64,000 nucleotides of DNA from Epiperipatus broadwayi (GCA_028023455.1 JAQFVV010000008.1:12338001-12402000); one strand, 5' to 3'. Shown: positions 1-14,044, counted from the first letter of the stretch. Made by a program: numbers and translations. The notes: generated by a model not told the origin, from the letters alone.

Positions 1-2240
1 ATTTAACATTACCATCTTTTTCACTTTCTTTGTTTTTAATAGCACACTTATATTCTCTGCATGCTTTTCCCCTCACTTTTACTAACTCTCTCTTTCCTAT
101 TACCTTTATTTCTTTTTATATTCATCCCCAACCAACACTTCCATGGTTTCTTCAATTTTTATTTTATATTCTTCTAACTTATTCTCATCATTCATTCTCC
201 ATCCACATCTTTCACTATCCTTTCTACTTTTATTACTGTTTCTCATCACATTACTAAGCATTTGTTATAAAAAAATTATGATCACTATTGCATACTCTCT
301 CTTCATTATCAAACATTTTCATTTTCCATACTTTATTTATTTTTTATTTCTCTACTAATATATAGTATATTGTGTGAACTATATTATTTCTAGACCATGT
401 GTATTGTTCCTCTAAATATTTGATAAATTTACAATGCTCAAATTCACTCTCTGACAAAATTTCTTCAAACTTTGTCCATTTTTGTTATTTACATCATCAA
501 TTTCTTCTATATGCCCATTCATATCCCCTTTAACCATTATTATTTTTCTTTGAAGCTCTGTATATCCTTAACTAGGCATTCATATATGCTACTGTGCTTC
601 TTTATTATAGTTTGACTATATCCAGTGCCTATATACATTAAATCCACAATCCATTCTTGTCTTCCTAATGTTATCTCAAATCATAAACGTTCTTGATATT
701 TGACAATATTTAAATATTTTTTTTGACATAACTCATATACCACTACCCCTTTTTTCTTTTTCTTTTCTATTTGTACCCTGCCATCCAAGTCTTCCAGTAT
801 AAATTCTTCTTCTCTGAGATGTGTTTTCACTACTACTAGTCTCTCAAGCTCTTCACTTTGTTTAATTCCAGCCACTTTTCTGGTTTTCTACCACCTTGCA
901 TATTCAAATATCCAATTTTAACAATTTTCTCTTTCCTAACTACTCTTTTATAAATTCTTTTGACTCTTTCTTTTCCATTCCATTTATAAATAGCATGCTT
1001 ATTATTAATTTTACATACTCATTTCCTTCCCACATCTACATTTATATTTAAATCAGTTACACTTTGATTATTTCTTATATCACATCAATTCTTCTTTCTG
1101 ATAACACTGCAATTCAAAACCCCAGTCCCTTTATAAGTTTCCCAAACTATATTTTTTATAAATCAAACTCCCTAATACTTCACTTCCTTGTTTTCCTAAG
1201 TGCAATCCATCTTTCCTATATAACTTCCTCTTCCCAATACAAAAATCCCACCTATCCTCAGACATCACATCATTTTTCTCACACAATTTTTTTAATCTCT
1301 CATTTATAGAACATGCCCTATCTATCATATACCTATTGTCAAATCTTGGTAATAATTCAACTATTTCTACTCTTTCTTTAATCTTACTCATATTACTAAT
1401 CAATTCTATATACTCATTATTACTCTCTCCAATCACTCTGACAAATTATTTGTCCCTACCATAACATACAGATCTCTACTCTCTTGTTTCTTTACCTAAT
1501 CTGTAACTTTCCTAATTCTATCTCCAGGCAAATTAGTGAATCTCCTATCTATGCCTTATCATAGTTTACTTTCCCTACTTCATCCATAACATTCTCTTCC
1601 ACCTTCTGGACTTTCTCATCTACTTCTTCCTTATCATTTCTATTCAATAATTTCTTTATCTGCTCACACTTCATATCTAATGATTTTAATTTTGTTTCTA
1701 TATTCTTTATATCTTTCTCTATTTTACTTATTCTTTGGCTAACCATCTTCACTGCATTCCCTATTTTTTCCTCCATATCTCCTGTCACTTCACTAAAAAC
1801 ATACTCCATCCTATCTTCCTCCACTACATTTTGCTCCATTTCTCCTGATTTTCTCATTAAGCTATCTACACTTAGAAACCACTTTTCACCTCTCTTATAA
1901 CATTTACACACTGTTTACATATACCATAAACCTGCTACATCCTTCTTAGTCTTATTTAAGCATGTCAAATGATAAACCTCATCACATATGGTACACTCTA
2001 CCACACCCCACCTAATTTCCTTCTGAATATTATATATACATAATGGGATATAAATGCAATCCATATTCCTTATTTTTCCAAGTCTCCTACTCTATATTTA
2101 ACTTTATGTGACCTGTCAAACTCTTCAAAGCCCTTTATATAGAAATAGACAAATTTTACTTTCTTTCAATGGCGATCAATAATCATGGCGTTTCCAACCT
2201 TAAGCCTCAAAAATTATCTACTTTCTCAAATAAATCACTT
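1..2240 (-). mobile_element. Decayed non-LTR retrotransposon (CR1/L2-group-like): ORF1 with PHD finger, coiled coil and SGNH esterase, then the start of the ORF2 AP endonuclease; runs off the window start
   Basis: Minus strand: ECTICDEVYHLTC...W (PHD-like, ~1905-2000); coiled-coil ORF 1549-1911; LYRKDGLHLG (SGNH block V) in ORF 1131-1436; KIGYLNMQGGRK (~884-919) and THLRE (APE start). Many stops and frameshifts. Confidence 0.75.
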
Positions 2241-2679
2241 CCTTTCTTAAATTAAAAAAATATTTAGTAGCAAAATTACTAAAAAACAGCTAATCTTGCA
2301 TACAACTTAGTTATAAAGCCTCCTTACAGTAACACCCCCCACAACAAATTTTTTTTACTTATATATTTAAAATGTCATAAAACATTTTCCAAATGTTACC
2401 AATATTTTGAATCTTTCCAAATCCAATTAAAACTATCTCTCTTGATCTCAATTTTTCTCCACATCTACACAGTAAGTACACAATTTTTGTAGCATTCACT
2501 TTTTTGATGGTAATCGCAAAAAAATATAAACTTTCAACTTATCTTGAAGAACACAACAGCCACATCAGCACAGAAAGTCATTCAAAAACAAGATCAACTA
2601 CTCTACAGCAACTATTTGCATGACATTACAATATATTTAATTAGTAAAACACATATATGTCATAAAAATAAAAAAAAGT

Positions 2680-3710
2680 TATTTCAATCCTTTTTTAAAT
2701 ATATATATTTACAAAACAATCTGCAAAACAATATTTTAATTATAAATCTAGAACTTATAATAATCTAACAATGAACAAAGCTTCATAAAATTGTCTTCTC
2801 TTGTAATTTTTGACACATTCTATTATCTGAATATTTTTTGCACAATTCATTTTATATCCAGTAGTCAACAAATCTCTATAGGGTCCTGATTTTATATTTT
2901 TTCTGTTAATTGCTCTATCATGCTCTTTAACTGTTTCAATGGCAGTCTTTCCTATCTGAGCTATATATATCATATTGTAATAGTGATAACTAATTTTATA
3001 AACTAAACCCTATGTATATTTAATAATGTCCATCTTTTTTGCATTCCAAATTCATTTCTTTAAAGATTTACCATTTTCCCATCCTACTTTAATATCAATA
3101 GATAACTTTTCTTTTATCAATGTCTTATGTAGGTGCTTCAGATATGGAATTGAAACCCACTTTTTATACACAGGCTTTACACTATCTTTTGTATAAAAAT
3201 AGGAAGTGGGTTCAATTTCACAATCAGTACATGTATATAAGACATTAATAAAAGAAAAGCTACATGATGATATTAAAGTAGAATAAAAAAAAAATTAAAT
3301 CTTTAAGGAAATGGATTTATAATGCAAAAAAGATGGATAATATTAAAAATAAGATAGAGTGAGTTTATAAAATTAGTTGTGACCATTGCAATATATATAT
3401 ATGAAAGTCTGTCACTGAAAAAGGTAAAGAGCATGGTAGGACAATTAAGAGAAAGGAATTGTGAAAAAAATATTCAGGCAATTAAGTATGTTAAAAATAA
3501 CAAGAAAGGAAAATGTTAGAAAATTTTATATATTCAAGAAAATTTTTAAAAAAAAGTGCAAACATAGTTAAAGTTTCTGCACAATTGGGGAGAAAATGAA
3601 CATTATTAGTGTATTGGAAACTTTAAGAGTTAAAATGTTATTTTTGCAGATTGTTTTGTAAATATATATGTGATTTAAAAAGGATTTTAATAAAGTTTAT
3701 TCATTTATAT
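2680..3710. mobile_element. Head-to-head inverted pair of Penelope-like element 3' fragments (GIY-YIG endonuclease region)
   Basis: Minus copy reads GLVYKISY..MIYIAQIGKTA..KEH (2755-3050); plus copy reads YKISCDHCNIYI (~3365-3400). The arms are reverse complements around a loop at ~3171-3188 (e.g. ttttgcagattgttttgtaaatatatat at ~3640 vs its complement at ~2700). Confidence 0.7.
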
Positions 3711-4129
3711 ATATATAATTTCACTAAATATATTTATTGTAAAGTAAATAATGTCCATTTGGTGAAATTGCTTAATTATTCATGTGATTTTATAAAAAGA
3801 AACATCTTGATAAGGTTCTAATAGTGAACAAAAACTGCTTTTATGTATTAAATACATTTTTAAATTTATATTTAGTTACGCCTGTTTAATTTTATTTTAG
3901 ATTGATTATTTAAATTTTACATAAAAAAAGACAACATTATGGACAATTTTTTAACATTGAAATTTGATCGTTTAAAGTCTTTATGAATCAATATGCAGAA
4001 TCAAAAAAATTGTAGTCTATATCTGAAGCTCCTTATGAATATGAACAAGGAAAATCTATCAGGAAACAGCAAATAAAAATAAACAAATTATCAAAAACAC
4101 AGATTTAAGATAAAATATAGAGACAAAAC

Positions 4130-7110
4130 AATGGCAAAGGAAAATATCTACCCACAGGAAACTTTGGCAGAAGTTGCCACCATTGTGAGGGTATTTATGA
4201 CTCTTAAGCTTGTGGATTTAGAAAGAATTTTTCAAATTCTTTTAATAAAATTACCCACACAGAGTAATCGTGTCTGATTGAAAAAATACTATTCCTAATT
4301 AGCTAAAGTAGGGAATCAATAACAGAAATAACCAAACTAAATTAAACAAGAAATTAAAAACATTATCAAAGATCATGGTAGAAAATAAAATTAACAATTG
4401 GATTGTAGATTTGGAACTAAATTCAGAATCTACAGTCACCATAGTTTTAAAAATAATATAGGAGTTTGTATATAGAAAAAAGGAGGGCAAAGTAAATAAA
4501 CTGTCAAAAATATATTACCAATTTTCAAGATGATAAAATGTCTCTTTTAGATGAGTCCATAAAAAAATATAAATAAGGTTTGGCTTTATTCATCTTAAAC
4601 ATATTATTTCAGCAACGTGCAAGGCTGGAATTGTTTCAAGAAGCTGAGTTATGATGTCACAATAAACCAGACAGAACACTTAAAGAAATGAATTATGACA
4701 TTTCTTGAAGTCCTTAATAAGGGGTGAATGTTTCAAGAGTTTTTCTGCTTGATTTGTAGAAAATGACAGAATCCAACTAAACAGCTGTATGAATAAATCA
4801 CTCTTGCTTGTGCTGAGAATCAAGATTGAAAGAAAGCTAATTCATGTTTAAAACAAAGGGGTCATTGATCTACTAATGCATTCTGAATGGGCATGCTCAT
4901 TGTATCTCTAATAAAAAATGGTGATCTTTGCATATATGGGGATTGCAGTTTCACAGTTAATAAGGTTTAATCATTTGACAAGTATTTATCACTGACAGGA
5001 AAGGAACAATACTTCATTACATTCAGTTTGAAGAATGCCTAATTACAACTTCTTGTGAATACAAAATAAGCTTTTAGACAAGTTATAATAAAACACAAAA
5101 AGCTCAAAATACAAGGACTGACATTAGGAATATCGAATATTTTGTAGATAATTAGCAGCAAAAGCATAAAAACCAGAGAAATAGCTATGGAAATTTAATG
5201 AGTTGGGCATAACTATAAGTGTTGAAAAGACTCAATTTGAAAGAAATAGAATTTCTTAGATTTAAAACTAATATACCAGGGGATTCATCTCATAAATAAA
5301 AAGGCAAGGAAACCAAAATGCCATCAAATGACAATAAATTTCAAGCACTTCTACAATCAATAAATTATTAAGAAAGATGCAATTGTAAATGGGAAGGAAG
5401 ATTTAATGAACATTCAAAGAGCATATAACTCAAATCCCAGAGCTAGAATAATTTAATGTAGAAATTTTTTTAATAATGAATTATGTCAGGACTGCACTTA
5501 CCCACTGCATGAAAAGCAGTTCAGACAAAACCTATACCTTTAACATTTATACATCAAACAGGGTCAAATTGACAAAAGATATCCTGGCAATAATTGTGAA
5601 TATAAAAATGCTTTATGACTTCTTTTATAATCATAAATTGATAATAATTACATATCACAAGTTTTTATTAGGAATCTTAAACCAATTGAGGTCTACTTCA
5701 GAAAGTACCTACAATACTGATTCAATATACTAGCTGTTTATAATTCCAAACTGAAGTATAAACGAGATCAAAAGAAATAAGGTTGATTCAAATAATGGAT
5801 TGCTAAGGATTAAATACTAAGAAGTTTGGGAATGAGTCAAAAATATATTGGTAATAAAAACTTAATGCAATGCATAATGTTGGGATGGCCAAGAAATAAA
5901 CTGCAAATATTGAATAATGATTTTTACTTTGTAAGCCATGAGTTTCTATAGTCAAATATTAAATTATGTGGAGATTTAAATGAAAATAAGACCCTAATTT
6001 ATAGTGGCCCAAAATGATTGAGTATTTAATAGAAAATACAATGGCTGTCAGTATCAAACAATTCAAAAAATGCCCAGTAAAAAGCTGATAGCTAACTGGC
6101 TAGAGGCTGCAGAACTTTATTTATGTATTAATATACACTATGTAGGACTGTTACATAATTATAATTAATAAAAACTCAAAATGGTTTGAATAATCAACAT
6201 TCTGATAATGCGTAAACATATATTACTATTGAGTGTTTTATAAAATTATAAGAAAAATCTTGGACTTCCCAGAAAATAGTGTCTGATATTAGACTCTGCA
6301 TTCAAATCAAGATAATTCAATGAGTTTTGTAAGACTAAAATATACATGAGTGCTTGAAATACTGGTTCACCTGGAAATAAATTTTGAGAATATATGATAC
6401 AAAAGATGAAAGAAAAATACCCCAGAAGAAAAGTGATAAAGACAGTAAGCATGTTTTAAATGCAAAACTTCACACCTTCACATTGGAGAAATTAACAGAG
6501 AATTCTTTATGAACTGAGAGGATGGAATTGCATATCTACTCTAAAACTAAATGGGGACTAGGATACAAAGTAAGATGTATATAGATATTACTTCAGCAAT
6601 AAAAGATAAATGCCTGAAAAAAAAAACCCCAATTGTTAAATGTATGTTTATTGTAGAACTTTGTAGAATAGCTTATTCGCATACATCAAAGTTAGATAAG
6701 ATATGATAATACATAAAAGACACCTAAGATCAGACAATGCAAGAACAATAATAAAAACTAAGAAAACAGCTTAATTTGAGACAATAATTAAGATGAAAGC
6801 AGCCAAAGCAGAAATAATGATCAAAGCAAATACAACAAGCAAAGTTGAAACAACAGTAACCAAGACAATGACTAAAGATAGCTATAAAACTAGTACAAAC
6901 AGTCAAAGCTACAGTATATTAAAAGAAGCAGCAAATAAAAGCAAAGATCATGGCATTAGCAGAATTTCCAGATTACATAAAGAGAGTACAAAATCTGAGG
7001 AGGATATACTATACAGCCAGAACAAAGTAAGCTAATATGTAAGTTCTGGATTGGGATTCACCAAACAATATGAAGAGTTCCAGCTCATTCTTACAAGGTG
7101 GGAGATGACT
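4130..7110 (+). mobile_element. Heavily decayed Ty3/Gypsy LTR retrotransposon (gag knuckle, protease, RT, RNase H, integrase remnants)
   Basis: Cys/His knuckle remnant ~4160-4280; EWA...KNGDLCIYGDCSFTVNK (RT motif, ~4880-4980); ORF 5476-5733 DILAIIVNIKMLYDFFYNHKLIIITYHKFLLGIL resembles Ty3 RNase H; integrase-like remnants ~6000-6500; purine tract aaggtgggaga ~7095-7105. Confidence 0.75.
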
Positions 7111-7694
7111 TTCATTTTAGTTCATGTTAATATAACTTCTATTGCTTGGCCATAAAGTAATCCCATAAATTATTTTAATCTGTTGTCTGTTAACTCTCAG
7201 CACTGTACTAGCAGTAAATTCTTGCTAGGCTTATAAGAGATGAGATTTGTTTGAAAATAACTACTCTTTTATGTCAGTTGTTTGATTCTAGTATTAAAAA
7301 GCATAGAAACTTTAGGAATCAATCAAAATAATTTTTAAGCACGCACATACAATTGTGAGTATATATAAAGTAGAAGAAATCTGGGGAGGAAACGATAAAG
7401 ATGATGAATCCTTTTCTTTTTTTTCACATATGTTTTTATTAATGCTGCAGCGTTTTTCGCGCTAAAAATGTATTGATTTCGATTTTAATTTTTTTTTTTT
7501 TTTTTTAAATAAAAAGTTTTATTCGAAGACGTTAAGTAACTGAAATAATTTTTAAAGATAAAAGCTATAAAATAAAACAACTGGGATCGGGTAAGAGTTA
7601 ATTGCAATTGTTATCTTTCAGCCAATCGTTTTCAGTTTTTAGCAAATGCATTCACTGGTGATAATTAATTATTATTTATAATATTTAATACATT

Positions 7695-8783
7695 ATGTCC
7701 ATAGTGAACAAATCTTATTTTAAAGGATGGGAACAAACTAGCAATAGGACAAGAAATTATTTTACTTTTTATGGCCAATTTTTAAGAGAATGGAAAGAAG
7801 CGCCGTATTTGGAATCTACGACGTTGTGTTTACTTTTTTTACTTTCACTATTTGGCAATTTTTTTATTATTACTTTGATTTATAAAAGCAAAAATTTGCG
7901 ATCGGTAACTGATTATTTAATTGCAAATTTAGCTTTTGCTGACATTTTATATTGCATATCAATACCTTTCATTGCTGTTACTAGAATCGCGGAGGAATGG
8001 ATGTTTGGGGATTGGATTTGCCGACTATTAATGTACAGTCAGTGTTCATGTGGATTTTCGCTCATTTGGACTATGACAGTTATAAGTGTCGATCGATATC
8101 GTTGCGTGGTGAAACCTCTCTCTCCCCGTTTAAAGCACTGGCAACTCGGTATTGTTATTTTCTCCATTTGGTTTATAGCTTGGTTGCTGTTTTCACCATT
8201 AGCTATTTATTTTGTGCTCAAATTCTTTCCATTACAAAAAACTAAAGTTTGTGTATGTACTCTAGTTTGGCCACAAGCAGAGAAAACTTTTAACATCAGG
8301 ATTTCTTATGTTTTATTTTTTCCACTAATGTGCATTGGGTTTATTATCCCGATTTCTCTATTAACAGTAAATTATTTTTGGATTTTTCATACTTTTCGCA
8401 AAATCCGTTTAACGTGGTTTTCTCATTTAGGTCTTAATGCTTCTCGTTCAGCCTGGCCGGTTTTAAACTCGAATACGGATGCCAATCGCCAACGACGTGA
8501 TTTTAAGATAATTAGAGTGTTATTTTTAAGCGTAATAGTATTTTGGATAATGTGGATACCTGTTTGTGTTATGATGATGGTAATTTTTACAGATTCTACA
8601 AAACAAAGTGGCATGCATATCCAATCACACCATTTTATTATTTCAATGTGTTTAAGTTATTTAAATACTTGTGTCAATCCATTTTTATATGGTTTGGCAA
8701 ATGATAATTTTCGAAAAGAAATCCGTAAAATATTTAATTCCATTTCTCCTAACTCATCTAAAGTAGTACAGATAGTATCATAA
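7695..8783 (+). CDS. FFAR4-like: Rhodopsin-like (class A) GPCR, free fatty acid receptor 4 (GPR120)-like, 362 aa, coding region in one exon
   Basis: Seven hydrophobic segments; GN (TM1), NLAFAD (TM2), DRY (TM3), WIP (TM6), NPFLY (TM7). FFAR4-specific similarities recalled from the human protein: EQTSNRTRNYF vs EQANRTRFPFF, RIAEEW vs RWTEAW, CTLVWP vs CTLIWP, DFKIIRVLFL..FWIMWIP vs DFRLFRTLFL..FFIMWSP. Confidence 0.93.
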   Translation: MSIVNKSYFKGWEQTSNRTRNYFTFYGQFLREWKEAPYLESTTLCLLFLLSLFGNFFIITLIYKSKNLRSVTDYLIANLAFADILYCISIPFIAVTRIAEEWMFGDWICRLLMYSQCSCGFSLIWTMTVISVDRYRCVVKPLSPRLKHWQLGIVIFSIWFIAWLLFSPLAIYFVLKFFPLQKTKVCVCTLVWPQAEKTFNIRISYVLFFPLMCIGFIIPISLLTVNYFWIFHTFRKIRLTWFSHLGLNASRSAWPVLNSNTDANRQRRDFKIIRVLFLSVIVFWIMWIPVCVMMMVIFTDSTKQSGMHIQSHHFIISMCLSYLNTCVNPFLYGLANDNFRKEIRKIFNSISPNSSKVVQIVS

Positions 8784-8912
8784 TTATAATTCGGTATACT
8801 GATTGCGGTAAAGTTCATAATTTTGTGTATATATAAACAAACATATCCATTTATCTTAATATTTGATATCAAACAATCGATCTAAAATTAATTCTACTTT
8901 TGTTTTAAGGAA

Positions 8913-8918
8913 AATAAA
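8913..8918 (+). terminator. Possible polyadenylation signal of the GPCR mRNA
   Basis: First AATAAA ~130 nt after the stop codon; weak evidence in such AT-rich DNA. Confidence 0.25.
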
Positions 8919-11900
8919 GTAATGGAATTCATCATTAACGATAATGAATTTTTATTACCGTATTATTCTTTTGTGTATATGCGCGTGTGTAGAAATAAAT
9001 CAGTTTTTATTCTAGTTGGATTACTATTTTTCATAGCGACAAGTACAGATTATAATACTGTCTATATAAAATTATACATTTGCAAATTTTCTTAAATTGT
9101 CCTATTCTCAGTGTTAGAGAATTAGTAAATATATAATATTTAAGCTATATTTAGTTCTTAAACAATGGACTAAAATTTATATATATAATAATTAAGTGGA
9201 TGGTGTCAAAATTGTGAGTGCAGAAAGTTTAATACTTAATTGTAATAAAAGGTGTTTATAAAATAAATATGGTTGAAGTTTCAAAAGTAAGATTATGTAT
9301 ATCATAATAAACATGTTAAAAAAGAGAGAGAGAAATGCATATTTTATGATTTAATTTAAAAATATGAAAGTGTTATATAAGTTGTAAAGTAAAATGAAAA
9401 TAAACAAATTTATCAAAGAAGAACTAGCAAAATAAACATATTTTATTAGGAGTTATATTACAATTTAATATAATCACTAGAACTAAGTCTCTACTGCTTA
9501 CGATCAGCGCTAAACAACCATTTTCTCCAATATGGAAAAACATTTGAAGTTATCTGCTACTGTCAACTTTTAAGAGTATTATCATATGCTATAATTATTT
9601 CCTTTGTTTGCCTGGTTACCAGAACTTTTTTTTTTTTTTAAGTGTCATAGTATTTAGATATTAATAAAGGCAGTTCCAAACTTGCTTTTACTTACATTTA
9701 CTGTATATTGATGTAAATATGCAAAAAGAAAAACTAAATTTGATTGCTTGAAATAGTATAAGTAATGCATGCGTAGTACATAATCTCATAAAATAGTATA
9801 CAGTATTAGTAAAGTTAATGATAAATGTAGTTTACAATTTGTAATATTAAAATTAAATAATGTTCAATATACCCATCTTATATAAAAATATTAAGAATTA
9901 TTAATAAAACCAAAAAATTATTATATATCTCTGCAGAACCGGCAAAACTCTCCATATAGTAGTGCAGTGAAATAATTAATTAAAAGATGGGGTGTGCATT
10001 CCAAAGACCACCATATATTAATTACTGCTTATTAAAAAACCATTATTAATCATTTCGATAAACTTAAAAAGATATATATAAAGAAAGAGAGCTTAGTATA
10101 TTTCTAGAGATAGAAAAAAGCTATAGGATACTATAATGCTCAAGTCTCAGGATATCCATTCTTATAGGTCTTAAATGGGTGGGTACAAAGGAGCAGTAAA
10201 CATATTGTATAGATGTTTAATATTAATTGTGTAAACATAACAATAAAAACTATAAACTAACTAAAGGAAATATAAATAAATAAAAAATACAATTATTTGT
10301 CTATAAATTGTTTTAATAATATTTCAACCAGAAGACTATATTATCTGATAAAAAAACAATCCTCTGAGTGAAATGTTATTAAAATAGTTGTAAATAAAAG
10401 GAATTTATATTTTGTTTATATTTATAATTTAAATAATATACATTTAACAGGTTTCTCAGTGAATTTAAATAATTTTTCAGTCAGAGTTAATGAAGCAAAG
10501 TATGTATTAAAAATTGGCATTGGTAACTGGAAATACATCATGTAGAAATGTATTTGATCTGAAATAGTAAGTCAGAAGTGGGAACTTATTATCCAAGCTT
10601 ATATTAGGAACATAAATCAGACAATATTATTAAAAATATGTGGATATTGAAGGTATAACCACTTTCTAAATATTTTCATAATTAAATAAGCTTTCCTATA
10701 ATTAGCTAAGGATTTAGAATATACTTTTTCACAGGTTTTTTTTTAATAGCTTACTGTGGGAAAGTCTTATTGAATTATAAGAATATTCAATATTCATGCA
10801 ATAACAGTAATATTAACTGATTTACACCCTAATAAGTAATTGGATAGTATATTAGAAATGGTTTCAAACAAATACATTATTAACATTATTTATTTTTAGT
10901 TAGCAATGCCAGGTTTTAATTGGTACTTTACTTCATGATATCATAAATGGGAAGTTATCTATAGATTCAAACTTACTACTATTTTCTTTATTCATCTTTT
11001 TAAAAATTGCATTATGTCTTTCATCGTTATATTACTAATAACCTCTTTTGGGGTTAATATTTTCTCCCTCATTTTTTCTCCTTCACTTTGCTAATATCAA
11101 TATCATGTAAAGGAATAGACATTTCTGAGTCTAAATCTATTTCTAAATCACTCATTTGAATAATTTTATATTAATATGAATGCATAATATAAATAATGCT
11201 TTACTATACTTTTGTAATATTATTTTCATTACAATTCCCTATCAGCCACTTTATATTACATTCAACTATTCCCTAAGACAATCCATGGAACACAATAGAT
11301 CTTATTAAGTTATCTCCGTATAATATATACTAAAATTATATATTTACAAAATTTAAGATTTAAACTTAATTAGATTATAAATTACAAATGTTGAGTTTCA
11401 TTTTCTTGCCAATGTATATGATCTTCGACCAACACATGAGTACAATAAATTAATTGCACATGTAATGGCACAAACACTGACAATTATTATAATGTTTTAA
11501 ATCAATTGACATAATTATATAAAAGACATTAAAAATAATTATAGCCACATTTTAAAATATACATTTATTTATTTACTTTTAAATTTATAAATAGCATAAT
11601 CACTCACATTAATAATTTATATTGCATGCAATACATTAAATATTACATCCATCATAATAACACTCATTACTCTATATGCATTAAAGCTCACATGGTGAGA
11701 TGCATTGAGCCACGCATTGAGGTGCCAAAAACAAAGAGCTGTAATCTTATCAAAGCAACTCCAAGTAAACTCCTACATATTACTATTAGTTATTTGTCCT
11801 AACTTATTAGTTAATCAAGTTATTTAAACAATAACTAAGAATGCAATACTTTAACTAGCTCACACACATCTTGAAATACTACATCTAGGAAAAATTATAA

Positions 11901-14000
11901 CTTAAATAATTTATTTAATAAATTAATAAAGTCAAAACAGAAATTAAAATAACAACTAAATAAGGTTCAAATTCAATACCCAACCCATTTATCATTACAT
12001 TAATTGAAAATATGACTAACTCACTTTATGAATAAAATGGTTCAATAAAATACTAAAAAAATTATGAGACTCAACACAAAACATTTAGCAAGGTATGCCC
12101 CAAAAGACACCCTCTCACTGGCATAGGAATATCATCCTTACCTAACTTATTGATACTTTTTAGTGGAAATTTTTAAAATAAAGGTATTTGTTATATATAT
12201 ATATAAATAAAATTAATTGGAACTTAATTAATTAAATGTGAATTTAATTAAACTTATCTATGTATGATTAGTTCCAGATTTGATTAATCTTTAACTATAT
12301 TTATTATTAACTATAAAGGAACAAAAAAATAAGATAAATAGAAGAGCAAGTGAAAGACCCATACTTTATTTTCCTGTCCCCTAGCTTGCTAAGACCTGTA
12401 GATGAACTTCAAGATTGTATCCAAGAACTGTATTCACAGCAAAGAAAGAATAAGAACCAGAGATATCTGTCTCTGAAGATCTCAAAATATATCTAGGGTT
12501 CTATAATAATCTCATTCAATCATTATTAATATTAGTATATGCTTTGGATCCAATAAACTTATGAATATTTATTTATACCAATTATATCATGATGTAGTAT
12601 TTGCAATATATATTTTTTCCATTTTTTTGTTATTAAAGTATATGTTTCATTAAAGTGAGCTAACTTGTTCTTATTTAAATTTGCCAAAATATCTGTCTAG
12701 CATACAAAACTGGGTTGGAAAATACAAGTTGTGCAGTCAAGGCATGTTTAGCAGAATCTAACTATAACATTACTGGATTTTCCTGGATTAAAAGTCATAG
12801 AAATAGCAAATTGTTTATATGAACCAGCAAAAACACAATTTTTCTTAGGATAACAAAGTGGTAGAAAAATTATCTGCACATTCCCCCCATCTCTTTCTCT
12901 AACATATTACTAGGTTTTATTTTAGAAATCATCACTAAGCAAAGGGAAATAGTTTTAAGGAGTATGATGTGGCTCTCAGGGATCTGGAAAAGAATTTCAC
13001 CTATGGTCAATTTCTGGAGGAAACTCTTTTTGAACATTTGCTTTGAAGGATGGCAGAAATCAAATTTAGAGAGCAATTACTTACAGATTCCAAGTTAACT
13101 AATAAAGTAAGGCTATTAAAAGAGTAATTTCCCATGAGTTGGTGCTTAATTAGGCCAAATAATATTCTGAGAACTTTAGTATATCAATCTCATACTATTC
13201 AAAAAAAGTCTTCACAAAATTATAAAACATACATGCAGCAGAATGAAACCAATGATAAATTTAATTGTTACTGTTGCTGTAAATTAAGCAACAGGGATCA
13301 AAATTGTACCCAAATCAAGAGAAATGCAATAATAATAATTATATCAAATACAATTAATGTTAGTATATCAAAAAATTAGAGCAGAGAGAAAAAACAAAAT
13401 AATCTTAAAATTAAAAATCTTAAGTGCAGTGAAACTAAACTACTTGTGCTCCCAGTGGTAAATGTAGACATCAAGACATTTATGAAAAAGTGCATGTCCA
13501 ATCAATCAAATGATTATCCAAGAAGTAATATAATTTGCAGCCAGAAACTACAAACTCATGACAGTGTGTTCACAATAACTATGCTAATATTTTTAAGGCA
13601 CAACTCCTTTCCATTGGGTAGAAGATTACTGATAAATTAGGAGATTTTTTCAGTGCATGGTTACCCAGAGACAAAGAGTATTTGAAAGATGGGGCTATTT
13701 TACATACACATTGCTATCCTGAATATAATGGATTGACCAAAAACACAACTAATTAATTGAAGCAAGTTCTGAAAAAGGAAACTTCTGCTGAAAGGAAACA
13801 ATTTATCATATATTGTTATATCAGCATTATATTTCCACAAATCATAAGCTGAACTGCTCATGGGATCTTTTACTTCCAAGAGATAGATATATGAACTTAA
13901 ATGGCATTTGAACACAGACTTTCAAGTTCCTTCCAGTAATCCATTCTATCTCATATAATTAATAGACATAACCCCATGCATGTGATAAAGATAAATGATA

Positions 14001-14044
14001 TCTTATGTACATATTTTGTGTTGAATCAGCACTCATCAATTGGT
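14001..14044 (-). ncRNA. Degenerate minimal type I hammerhead ribozyme, copy A
   Basis: ccaa TTGATGA GTGCTG ATT CAACAC AAA ATATGTAC A taag; C3 and G12 altered. Confidence 0.6.

Noticed and set aside
7997-8872. Short ORFs overlapping the GPCR (7997-8245, 8423-8614, 8657-8872)
   Set aside because: Alternative-frame or antisense shadows of a real CDS.
10560-10800. Possible hAT dimerisation-domain remnant
   Set aside because: Only a few residues fit, across frameshifts.
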